Assembly (NCBI RefSeq): GCF_004010195.1 | Contig: NC_057755.1 | Location: 7,244,252 to 7,291,980 of the forward strand | DNA: 47,729 nucleotides | Origin: Chiloscyllium plagiosum | Taxonomy: Eukaryota | Direction of reading: 5' to 3' | In this document: one piece after another, positions 23,110-33,860 of the stretch | How positions within the stretch are numbered: position 1 is the first letter of the stretch | Layout: each line of letters begins with the position of its first letter | The notes under the pieces: model-generated | Databases searched by the model: none | What the model saw: only the letters and a program-made list of their open reading frames with translations | Told to the model about the DNA's origin: nothing | Made by a program: the position numbers and the translations under genes

Positions 23110-26100
23110 TAGATGACTTACAAGGGGAAAACAGTGGGGTATAGGGCTCTGGAACAGAGTCTGTCCCTGCTGCTCAGAGGGGAAAGGGGAAGAGGAGCAG
23201 TGCAGTAGTCACTGGGGGCAGATAGGAGGTTCTGTGGGGACGAGAGAGACTCACGGTTGGTGTGTTGCCTCCCAGGTGCCAGGGTTCGTGATGTCTCTGA
23301 TCGTGTTTTTGGGATCCTTAATGGGGAAGGAGAGCAGTCACAAGTCGTAGTCCACATAGGCACCAACGACATAGGTAGGAAACGAGATGTGGAGTTTTTG
23401 TAGAAATTCAGGGAGCTAGGAAGGAAGCTTACAGCTGGGATGAACAGAGTTGTTGTCTCTGGTTTGTTGCCCNNNNNNNNNNNNNNNNNNNNNNNNNNNN
23501 NNNNNNNNNNNNNNNNNNNNNNNNNNNNNNNNNNNNNNNNNNNNNNNNNNNNNNNNNNNNNNNNNNNNNNNNNNNNNNNNNNNNNNNNNNNNNNNNNNNN
23601 NNNNNNNNNNNNNNNNNNNNNNNNNNNNNNNNNNNNNNNNNNNNNNNNNNNNNGTGAACTTGCAGCATGGGTTGGTACCTGGGACTTCGATGTTGTGGCT
23701 ATTTCAGAAACATGGATAGAGCAGGGACAGGAATGGTTGTTGCAGGTTCCAGGATTTAGATGTTTCAGTAAGAACAGAGAAGTTGGTAAAAGAGGGGGAG
23801 ATGTGGCATTGTTGGTCAAGGACATTATGACAGTTGCAGAAAGGATGTTTGGGGACTCGTCAACTGAGGTAGCATGGGCTGAAGTTAGAAACAGGAAAGG
23901 AGAGGTCACCCTGTTGGGAGTTTTCTATAGGCCTCCAAATAGTTCCAGAGATGTAGAGGAAAGTCTATCAAAAATGATTCTCGGTAGCAGTGAGAGAGAC
24001 AGGGCAGTTGTTATGGGCGACTTCAACTTTCCAAATATTGACTGGGAACATTATAGTACGCGTAGTGTAGGTGGGTCAGTTTTTGTCCAGTGTGTGCAGG
24101 AGGGCTTCCTGACACAGTATGTAGACAGGGCAACAATGGGCGAGGCCACATTAGATTTGGTACTGGGTAATGAGCTCGGCCAGGTGTTAGACTTGGAAGC
24201 AGGTGAGCACTTTGGTAATAGCGATCACAATTCTGTTATGTGTGCTTTAGTTGTAGAAAGGGATATATGTGTATACCACTGGGCAAGAGTTACAGCTGGG
24301 GGAAAGGGAATTATGATGCGATTAGGCAAGATTTAGGAAGCATAGGATGGGAAGGAAACTGCAGGGGATGGGCACATTAGAAATGTGGAGCTTATTCAAG
24401 GAAAAGCTCCTGAGTGTCCTAGATAAGTATGTACCTGTCAGGCAGGGAGGAAGCTGTAGAGCGCGGGAGCGTTGGTTTACGCAGGAAGTGGAATCTCTGG
24501 TCAAGAGGAAGAGGAAAGCTTATTTTAGGATGAGAGGTGAAGGCTGAGTTAGGGCGCTTGAGGGTTACAAGGTAGCCAGGAAAGGCCAAAAGAGAGATCT
24601 CAGAAGAGCCAGGAGGAGACATGAGAAGTTGTTAGCGGATAGGATCAGAGTAAACCATAAGGCTTTATATAGGTGGTTAAGGAATAAAAAAATGACGACA
24701 GTAAGTTTAGGGCCAATCAAGGACAGTAGTGGAAAGTTGTGTGTGGAGTCAGAGGAGATGGGGAATCACTAAGTGAATACTCTTCGACAGTATTCATTCT
24801 AGAAAGAACAATGTTGTCGAGGAGATTACTAAGATACAGGCTACTAGACTAGGTGTGACTGAGGTTCACAAGGAGGAGGTATTATAAATTCTGCAGACTG
24901 TGAAAATAGATAAGTCCCCTGGGCCGAATGGGATTTATCCTAGGATCCTCTGAGAAGCCAGGGAGGAGATTGCCGAGCCTCTGGCATTGATCTTTAAATC
25001 GTCATTGTCCACAGGAATAGTGCCAGAAGACTGGAGGATCGCAAATGTGGTTCCCCTGTTCAAGAAAGGGAGTAGAGACAATTCTGGCAATTATAGACCA
25101 GTGAGCCTCTCTTCAGTTGTTGGTAAAGTGTTGGAAAAGGTTATAACAGATAGGATTTATAATCATCTAGAAAAGAATAATTTGATTAGGGACAGTCAGC
25201 AGGGTTTTGTGAAGGGTATGTCGTGCCTCACAAACTTTATTGAGTTCTTTGAGAAGGTGACCAAACAGGTAGATTAGAGTTAACCGGTTGATGTGGTGTA
25301 TATGGATTTCAACAAGGCGATCGATAAGGTTCCCCACAGTAGGCTAGAAGGGTGGGTTAGTAAATTTGCAGACGACACTAAGGTCGGTGGAGTTGTGGAT
25401 AGTGACGAAGGATGTTGTAGGTTACAGAGAGACATAGATAACTGAAGAGCTGGGGTGAGAGGTGGAAAATGGTGTTTAATGTGGACAAGTGTGAGGTGAT
25501 TCACTTTGGTCAGAGTAACCAGAATGCAAAGTATTGGGCTAATGGTAAGATTCTTGGTCGTGTAGATGAGAGAGAGATCTCGGTGTCCTGGTACACAGAT
25601 CCCTGAAAGTTGCCACCCAGGTTTACCAGGCTGATAAGAAGACATACAGTGTTTTAGCTTTTATTAATAGAGGGACCGAGTTCCGGAACCATGAGGTTAT
25701 GGTGCAGCTGTACAAAACTCTAATGCAGCCGCACTTGGAGTATTGTGTACAGTTCTGGTCACCGCATTATAAGAAGGTTGTGGAAGCTTTGGAAAGGGTT
25801 GAGAGGAGATTTACTAGGATGTTGCCTGGAATGGAGGGAAGTTCTTGCGAGGAAAGGCTGAAGGACTTGAGGTTGTTTTCGTTAGAGAGAAGAAGGTTGA
25901 GAGGTGACTTAATAGAGTCCCAGTATGGTGGCGGCGAGCACGAAGGGGCAATAGCTTTAAATTGAGGGGTGATAGATATAGGACAGATGTCAGAGGTAGT
26001 TCTTTACTCAGAGAGTAGTAAGGGTATGAATGCTTTGCCTGCAACGGTAGTAGATTCACCAACTTTAAGCACATTTAAGTCGTCATTGGACAGGCATATG

Positions 26101-26211
26101 GACGTACATGGAATAGTATAGGTGGGATGGGCTTCAGATCAGTATGACAGGTCGGCGCAACATCGAGGGCCGAAGGGCCTGTACTGCGCTGTAATGTTCT
26201 ATGTTCTATGT
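23110..26211 (+). mobile_element. CR1 LINE (ORF1 esterase end, ORF2 EN and RT, 3' UTR, (TTCTATG)n tail), decayed with internal deletion
   Basis: CCLPGARVRDV..HIGTND; VAISETW; GGDVALLVK; FYRPPNSS; MGDFNFPNIDW; SDHN; NYRPVSL; KFADDTK; tail GTTCTATGTTCTATG at 26196-26210. Confidence 0.93.
23473..23653. other. Assembly gap (181 N)
   Basis: Run of N inside the CR1. Confidence 0.99.
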
Positions 26212-26212
26212 T

Positions 26213-26429
26213 TGGCGCTGGAAAAGCACAGCAGGCCAGGCAGAATCCGAGGAGCAGGAAAATCGATGTTTCTGGCAAAAGCCCTTCATCAGAAACTTCA
26301 GCCCTTCTTGACGAAGGGCTTTTGCCAGAAACGCCGATTCTCGTGCTCCTCAGCTGCTGCCTGACCTGCTATGCTTTTCCAGCGCCTTACTCTCGACTCT
26401 GATCTCCAGCATCTGCAGTACTTACTTTC
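26213..26429. mobile_element. Penelope family A palindromic remnant with two degenerate hammerhead cores
   Basis: Inverted arms. Minus core CUGAUGAAGGGCUUUUGCCAGAAACAUC (26292->26265) and plus core UUGACGAAGGGCUUUUGCCAGAAACGCC (26308-26335). Confidence 0.78.
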
Positions 26430-26434
26430 ACAAC

Positions 26435-27065
26435 CCGATATCCTTCCTTCTTATAATTTGCTGTCCATATATTATCCAGATAAATGTTATTAAATTCCCC
26501 ATCTTAACTACTTTCATCGGTAGCTCATTCCACATGTGTACCACCCTGTGTGTAAATCTTTGCCACTCAGGTTCCCTTTCATTTTTTCCCCTCTAAACTT
26601 AAACGGATGCCCTCTTGTCCTTGATTTCCCAAACCTAGGGAAAACAACTAAGTGCATTCGCCCATCCATGCCTCACATGATCATATAAACGTTTATAAGA
26701 TTACCCCTTAGTCTAGTACACTCTAAAGAAAAAATAGTCCTAGCTTGACCAACCCCTCCCCATAACTCAGAAGTTTGAGTCCTGGCAACATCCTTGTAAA
26801 TTTCTTCTGCACTCTTTCCAGTTTAGTAACATCATTCCAAAGCTGAACACAATACTCTACGTGTGGCTTCACCAACATCCTGTATAACAGCAACCTAACT
26901 TCTCAACTTATGTATTAATTGTCTTGACTGATGAAAGCCTACCATGTGGAAACTTATCAAAGGCCTTACTGAAATCCATATTGACTACGTCTACCTCCCT
27001 GCCATCGTCAAACTTCGTGGTCACTCCATCAATGAACTCCAACAGTTCTTCGTTTATATCATCCA
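26435..27065 (-). mobile_element. Old CR1 ORF2 fragments (RT and 3' end)
   Basis: LLEFIDGVT..VDVVNMDFSKAFDKFPHGRL plus 3' end similarity. Confidence 0.8.
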
Positions 27066-27167
27066 ATTTCTGGTAGCTGTGAAAAGTATCAGCTACCAGA
27101 AATTCAGTTCCTCTCTGATGTGTTTGGTGCATGACATTCTCTGGAATTGAATGCCGGCGCTTCCTTC

Positions 27168-27295
27168 TGAAGCAAACGCAAAGAATGTTGGAGAAACTCA
27201 GTAGTTCTGGCAGCATCTGCAGACAGAGAAACCGAGTGAATATTTCCAGTAGACTGACCCTTCCTCAGAACTGAAAACAGCTAGAAACGTTAACA
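27168..27295 (-). mobile_element. Penelope-like end (family C) with degenerate hammerhead core
   Basis: Minus strand GTTCTGAGGAAGGGTCAGTCTACTGGAAATATTCACTC...GATGCTGCCAGA: CUGAGGA..GAAA boxes with a decayed stem II. Confidence 0.55.
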
Positions 27296-27699
27296 ACACC
27301 CCCTGGGAAGAGGGCGGGGGCTGTTCCCTTTTGAAACCGTCCACTTTGCATTCCGGACCCGGAGACAAAATGCACATTTTACGCACGACAGTTGACGATG
27401 GTCATGAGGATATCAACATCGTTTGCCTTACTCTTCAGTGATTGGAATACCGCCGACTGGTCAAAATATTGTGCAGTATGTGTATTTTCAAAGAGGCAGG
27501 CAGGAATGAAAGTTTAGTGGGGTAGGTTCAGACTGAGCTGGAATGCGTGCAAGCACAACCAATGATCTTGGATGGTAATGTACACAACCATACAGGTGGA
27601 GGTCACGAATTCTGAGGGCGAATAGATTTCGGTGGATGTGACAGGAAATAAATCAGGAGGTCGAGAGGTAAGTGCAAAAAGCAACACATTAAAGCCTAG

Positions 27700-27870
27700 A
27701 CGTGGCACAGTGGTCACAGTGCCAGGGACCTGGTTTCGATCTCTCCCTCGGCTAGTTGTCTGTGTAGAAGTTGCACATTCTCCACGTGTCAGTATGTCCT
27801 TCCTCCGGATCCTCCCATGGTCCCAATACATGAACGTTAGAATGGATTGCCTATACCAAATTAGCCTGGC
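27700..27870 (+). mobile_element. Degenerate HE1/V-SINE fragment
   Basis: GTGGCACAGTGG..., GTCTGTGTAGAAGTTGCACATTCTCCACGTGTC. Confidence 0.65.
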
Positions 27871-27890
27871 ACTTTGTCAATAACGCGTGT

Positions 27891-28047
27891 GATGTTGCAA
27901 ATGCACAGTTGGTCAGGCAGCACCTGAGGAGCAGGAGAATCGTCGTTTTGGGCAAGAGCCCTTCATCAAGATTCCTGACCAGCTGTGGTTTTCCAGCTCC
28001 TCACTCTCGACTCTGATCTCCAGCATCTGCAATCCTCACTTTCTCCA
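27891..28047. mobile_element. Penelope family A remnant (inverted, deleted)
   Basis: Minus arm up to CCCTTCATCA, then the plus tail CTCTGATCTCCAGCATCTGCAATCCTCACTTTCTCC. Confidence 0.7.
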
Positions 28048-28666
28048 CTCTTTTAATCACTCCCAGTGTTACTTCCCCAGTCTTGAGTCAGCACTATAAC
28101 TTTATCATATATAGAGGAATACCAAATGTCTGTCCATCTACCACACAAATTATAACTCAGAATGAGTGCAAGTACGTTCATCTATTATTATTAGAGACAG
28201 ATTGGATCCTTTATCTTTGAAAATTACTTCTTTCCTTTCTCCCCCTGTTCTTTCGGAGTAAACGAGACCCACAGAGGAGAATTCTTTACAGAGATCAGGC
28301 ACTAACTCCATACCCAGTCTTGCCGAGTCTGTGTACTCTTCTGCAGCTCCTCGATCTTTCTTGGGGATCCCTTCACTACTTTCACTAATGTCACTGGCTT
28401 AGCTTCTTTTTGCACATCTTTTCTCACAGTGCATTTCTTTAATGACCAGCACTGTGACTTTATGTGCACCACTTTGACACAGTAGAAACACCTCAGGCCT
28501 TTCACCTTCTTTGGGCTTAGAACATAGAACGTTTCATACTATGTCTCTGCGCTCTATGCAAGGATTAAAATTGGACTTGGACAGCCAATCAAAAAGATTA
28601 CATCAGACTGGCTTTAAAATAGAAAGATAAATGGTTATAAGAATACACTTGGTGATCAACTAAACT

Positions 28667-28764
28667 GATTCCTGAAGAAGGGCTTATGCCCGAAACGTCG
28701 ATTCTCCTGTTCCTTGGATGCTGCCTGACCTGCTGCGCTTTTCCAGCAACACATTTTCAGTTCT
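28667..28764 (+). ncRNA. Penelope family A single arm with intact minimal hammerhead motif
   Basis: GAUUC-CUGAAGA-A-GGGC-UUAU-GCCC-GAAA-CGUC-GAUUC (28667-28704); helix I pairs at 4 of 5 positions. Confidence 0.7.
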
Positions 28765-28767
28765 CAA

Positions 28768-30552
28768 TATTGCCCTCGACAACATTGTCTTTTTCCAGTT
28801 AGAATACTGAAACGAAAAATATTCACTTAGCACTTACCCTACCTCCTCTGATTCCACGCACAATTTCCCACTACTGTCCTTGATTGGCCGCAATCTTACT
28901 CTTGTCATTCCCTTTTTCCTTATATACCTTTATAAAGCTTTTGGGTTTTCCCTGATCCTATCCGTCAACAACTTCTCATGTCCCCTCCTTGCTCGTCTTA
29001 GCTCTCTGTTTTGGTCTTTCCTGGCTACCTTGTATCTCTCAAGCGCCCTACCTGAGCCTTCACGTCCCATTCTAACATCTGCCTTCTTCTTCTTATTGAA
29101 AGAGATTCAACTTCTTTAGTAAACCACGGCTCCTGCTCTCGACAACTTCCTCCCTGTCTGACAGACACATACTTATCAAAGATGCAAAGTAGTTGTTCCT
29201 TGAATAAACTCCATATTTCTATTATGCCCAATTCCCTGCAGCTTCCTTCTCCATCTGATACATCCTTAATCTTGGCTAATCGCATCGTAATTGTTCTTCC
29301 CCCCCAGCTGTATATCTTGCCCTCCATACCTTTCCATCGCTAAAGTAAACATAACTGAATTGTGGTCACTATCTCCAAAGGGTTCACCTACTTCCAAATC
29401 TGACACCTGGCCACGTCAATTACCTAGTACCAAATCTAAGATGTCTTTGCCCCTTATTGGCCTGTCTACATACCGTCCTCCTGCACACAATGGACAAAAG
29501 CTGACCCATCTAAAATACTTGAACTATAGTTTCCCCAGTCAATATTTGGGAAGTTGAAGTTCCCCTAACAACTACCCTGTCACTCTCGTTCCTATGGAGG
29601 GTCATCTTTGCTATTCTTTCGTCGACATCTCTGGGGTTATTCGGAGGCCAATAGAAAACTCCCAGTAGGGTGACCTCTTCTTTCCGGTTTGTAATCTCAG
29701 CCCATACTACCTCAGTTGACGTCTCCTCAAATATCCTTTCTGCAGCCATAATACTTTACTTGACAAACAATTCCACGCTCTACTTCTTTTATCGTCTTCC
29801 CTGTTCTTACTGAAGCATCAACATCCCAGAACTTGCAAAACCCACATTCCGGTCACTGCTCTAACAAATTATCTGAAATGGCCACAATATCGAAATCCCA
29901 GGTACTGACCATGCTGCAGGTTTTTCCCACCTTATTCTGGATGCTCCTGGCGTTGACAATAGACGCACTTCAACCTTTTGCTTGCTGGTGCCCTCTTGCG
30001 ACTGTGTACCCTTATTTATGACCTCCCGATTCTCAACCTCCTCTTTACTTGAACTACAATTTAGGTGTCCATCCTCCTGCTGAATTAGTTTAAACCCATC
30101 CAAAGAGGATAACAAATGTCACCGCCCCCCCACCCCCAGACATTGGTACTATTCTCATTCAGGTGAAGACTATCCTGTTTGTAGAGGTCCCACCTACCAC
30201 AGAAAGAGCCCCAAATTATCCAGGAAACCAAAACCTTCCCTCTTGCACCATCTGTGAAGCCACGTGTTCAACTTCTCTCTGTCCCTTTTGCTCACCTCAC
30301 GAGAACATGGCACGGATTACAAACCAGAAGTAACAACTCTGTTTTTCCTAGCTCTTAGCTTCCAACCTGGCTCCCTGAATTTCTGCCTTAAATCCCCATC
30401 TGTCGTTGCTGTCTATGTGGCCCACGTCTATGGGCTGCTTCCCCTCACCCGCAAGGATCCCATAAACACTACCAGAGACATCGCAAACTCTTGCATCTGG
30501 GAGGCAACGCACCAACAGTGATTCTCTCTCTTTCCGACAGAACCCTCTGTGT
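28768..30552 (-). mobile_element. CR1 LINE fragment (ORF1 esterase end and endonuclease)
   Basis: RCLPDARVCDV, LLGVFYWPPNN and related motifs. A short tail remnant AGAACATAGAAC is at 28519-28530. Confidence 0.88.
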
Positions 30553-30974
30553 GTGACCAACTATGGCTTATTTTTAATCGCATGGCAAACAATTGCTAGT
30601 GTTTTCTATTCTTTGCTTCGTAGTGTAGGATCTCCCATTCTCCCAAGTTCCATACCTCACAGTTTGAAATTCTTGCTGGAAGGTAAACTTTGTCTTATGC
30701 ACCAATGCATATTCATCTGCCATCTCTGCTGCTCTTCTCACTTCTTGCCCTTTCTGTTCCTCCACATGAATTCTTATCATCTCTGGAAGTGAGTTTTTAA
30801 ACTCCTCCGGCAGAATAAACCTCTGTTAGAGCCTTATAGGTCTTATCTATTTCGAAGGCCTGCACTCATCAAAAATGCTTTGTTTAATTCTTTCAAACGC
30901 ATATGACTTTGCACTTCCCAAGTCTAACATACGTAGTCGACACATCCCTGTACACGATGAAGAACTTACCACGA

Positions 30975-31056
30975 CTGATCCACCTAATCTGCACATCTTT
31001 GGACTGTGGGAGGAAACCTACGCAGACACGGGCAGGATGTGCAAAATCCACACACC
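30975..31056 (-). mobile_element. HE1/V-SINE fragment
   Basis: CTGCACATCTTTGGACTGTGGGAGGAAACC..GCAGACACGGG. Confidence 0.75.
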
Positions 31057-31089
31057 AACTTCCATCGTCAGAGCAAAGGCCAGCCGAAC

Positions 31090-31835
31090 ACTATTGATCA
31101 GAGGTATCGTTTTCATATGAAACACCCTTGCAGCAAAAGACTGAAGACAACCCAGTGAGATCTACAGCCAGAGGAAGACAGACACCAGAGACGACAGCCG
31201 CTGTAGAGATTTTCAAATTAAGTTGATGTAATTTTTATAGGGCCATTTCTGCAAACAATATATTATTGGAGTTGGAGGCAGATAACGAGCAGTTCAAAGA
31301 AAGGAGGTTTAGAGTTGTAAATAGTTGTTGTACAATGTTCATTTTTAGAATTGCAGAAAAAAATGTATTTTTTTTCATTAAATAGTGGAATTTGGGGAGT
31401 TCTGTGTCACTCATACTTTAAAAGATTACGAGGGGAGGTGAGCTTTCTGAGTGCTTAGTCTAATTGCAGAAGGTTTCGCCGCGTGTCATGATGGTTTGGG
31501 GGATCACGTCCGTAATGTGGACAGGTTTAGACAGATCCTATTTGAGATTTGGACAGATTTGGTCAGATTTGAGGTATAAAAGATCCCAGCAGATTTAAAC
31601 ACTTCCCGATTAGTGTCCTAAATCGTTAAATAAAACGTAGATGAGACAACTTGTTTAATTGAGGATATTTGTGGTTGGTTAAATTAATAGTGAGTGAAAT
31701 GGCTCTTAAGATTGCTAAAGGCGTTCTGGGGTTTACCAAATTTGCCAAGAAAGCTACGAAGGACAGGAACAAACCATAATTTTAGAATTAGGAACGAGGT
31801 TACATTTCAGTTTAAACAAGAATAAAAGTGAAGCT
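31090..31835 (+). mobile_element. Gypsy LTR 3' part, PBS and gag start
   Basis: tRNA-Pro-like PBS TGGGGGATCACGTCCG near 31497; ATG 31699 MALKIAKGVLG; similar to the gag start of the 34.2k element. Confidence 0.55.
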
Positions 31836-31843
31836 TTTAAAAT

Positions 31844-32167
31844 GGGCGGCACAGTGGCACAGTGGTTAGCACTGCTGCCTCACAGCGCCAGAGACCTGGG
31901 TTCAACTCCCGCCTCAGGCGACTCTCTGTGTGGAGTTTGCACATTCTCCCCACGTCTGCGTGGGTTTCCTCCGGGTGCTCCGGTTTCCTCCCACAATCCA
32001 AAAAATGTGCAGGTTAGGTGGATTGGCCATGCTAAATTGCCGGTAGTGTTAGGTGAAGGGGTAAATGTAGGAGAATGGGTCTGGGTGGGTTGCGCTTCGG
32101 CGGGTCAGTGTGGACTTGTTGGGCCGAAGTGCCTGTTTCCACAATGTAAGTAATCTAATCTAATCTA
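31844..32167 (+). mobile_element. Full-length HE1-type V-SINE
   Basis: A box TGGCACAGTGG, B box GGTTCAACTCC, V-domain, LINE-derived tail and (AATCT)3. Confidence 0.92.
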
Positions 32168-32434
32168 AAACGAATGAAAAGGAAAGATGGTTTCTCAATA
32201 AATCTGATATGCTGCTGTTTCACCAGTGCAAGAAAATGTCCATTTGATAAAATGATGATGTTAAATTGCATAAATTAAGTTTAGCTCTATTCCAGAAGAA
32301 GGCATAAGCACAGATTGAACTCACTGTCATACCAAACATTATTGGAAGGAAAATCCGAATAAGTGCTGCAAAACCATAAATTACCTGATTGCCTTCTGTT
32401 TATATATAAAGCCAGGCATTTAGAAGCATCAACG

Positions 32435-32550
32435 TTTTTTCCGAATCAACCTGTTCAGAGATGTCACGACATAACTGCATAGCAGATGAGACTTGAACCT
32501 GGATCTCTCTCGTCCACAGATAACGATTAACAGCATCAACACAATCACAA
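32435..32550 (-). mobile_element. Short degenerate tRNA-derived SINE
   Basis: Minus strand CCAGGTTCAAGTCTCATCTGCT...GACATCTCTGAACAGGTTGATT; homologous to 1098-1215. Confidence 0.55.
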
Positions 32551-33049
32551 TTGAATGGCGCTGGCAATCCCCCGGCGAGCCAATACATCTCACCAACTTG
32601 AAATTGGAACAATCAAACAGTAGGCGTGCATATCAACCAACCACAGACCTCGCACTTTATCAGTATTTGTTCAAGCTGATCCGATGACATCACTCATCTT
32701 ATGAGTAGAACATGGTGGTGCTAACCTGATGGCTTGGAATTGAAGTTATTTTGCATTGTTGTTCATAATGCAGGACAATATTTTACAACTTCTGCTAATC
32801 ACTGCTCTTTGAACAATAATCAGTCAAAGCACGAAAAATAAATATTGGACATCGCGATTACCAGGAATCAGAAAATAAAACTTTCAATACGTCCAATTAC
32901 AGAAAAGTTCTTGCAATCACCACAGAAAATATGGTCTTTTGGTCAACAATGTGGAAACTGTGACGAACATAAATAATGAAAGTGAAGGTTTCATGCATTC
33001 ATTAGTTTCATGTAATCATTAGTAGACATTTAAAAACTTACTTAATATA

Positions 33050-33860
33050 TAGAGCAGCTTTGGACGCGTGTCGAAGGAAGGATGTGTTGGAATTGAAGGG
33101 GACTCAAAGGAGATTGCAAGAATGATCCCGGGAATGAAGGATTTGTCATGTGTGGAGCCCGGTAGAATACTCTGTGTAAGTACTCAATGGAGTTTAAAAG
33201 AATGAAGAGCGATCTAATTGGAACTTAAAGATGAATGAGATGATGTACCGGTGTTGAACTGTAGCTGACAATGTCAAAAAATCACGCAATGCTAGATAAT
33301 AGTCCAATACGATTATTTGGCAGTAAAAGATTTTGGACTGCCGCACCTTTGTCAGACAGCTAGTTGGGTAAGTCTTTTTGAACATAGAATTTGTAATAAA
33401 ATTTACTTTTAACTCTGTGTCCTATGATCCTGCCCAACTAGCTATCTGACGAAGGCGCAGCGCTCCTAAACTTGTACTTCCAAATAAACCTGTTAGCCTA
33501 TGACCAAAAATCTTAGAGGCCGGGATGGAGTGGACAGGATAATATGTTTCCAATTGCAGGAGAGACCAGGACCAGTAGGCAACGCCTCAGAGTGAAGGAA
33601 CGACAATTTAGAATTGAGATGAGAAGGAATATCTTCAGCCAGAGGCTTCTGGTTCTGTTGAATGCATTGCCACAGAAATGCTGTGGAGACCACGTTACTG
33701 ATTGCATTTAAGACAGAGATAGACAGTTTCTTGATGAATAAGCACATCAAGGGCTACATGGAGGAGGCAGAAGAATAGAGGTAAGAAACACAGCTGGGGC
33801 CACGCTGAATTATGGATCAGATTTGTTGGGCCAAATGACCTAATTCTGCTCCTCTACCGT
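33050..33860 (+). mobile_element. Old CR1 3' end interrupted by a Penelope-like palindrome
   Basis: ORF2 C-terminal similarity at 33050-33250, resuming at 33510-33860. Confidence 0.65.
33300..33502. mobile_element. Penelope-like palindrome (family D) with two decayed hammerhead cores
   Basis: 33300-33372 is an imperfect inverted copy of 33429-33500. Plus arm CTGACGA-AGGCGC-AGC-GCTCC-TAAA followed by CCAAATAAACC. Confidence 0.6.

Larger units (their letters stand above)
28050..30925 (-). mobile_element. Gypsy gag-protease fragment split by a CR1 insertion
   Basis: Gag IRIHVEEQKGQEVRRAAEMADEYALVHK (30574-30780) continues as LRCFYC..HIKSQCW and a protease-like region (28050-28519). GGCTTA occurs at both junctions (28514-28519 and 30565-30570). 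Confidence 0.8.

Noticed and set aside
23118..24336. Long ORFs of 263-298 aa
   Set aside because: They are inflated by the 181-N gap and are otherwise CR1 sequence or its antisense.
31844..31920. tRNA gene
   Set aside because: A/B boxes belong to a SINE head continuing into a V-domain and LINE tail; the same applies to 6661 and 45645.
32400..32687. ORFs resembling an Ig domain (TIEWRWQSPG) or a TIR fragment
   Set aside because: The region overlaps a minus-strand tRNA-SINE homologous to 1098-1215; key cysteines and splice context are absent.
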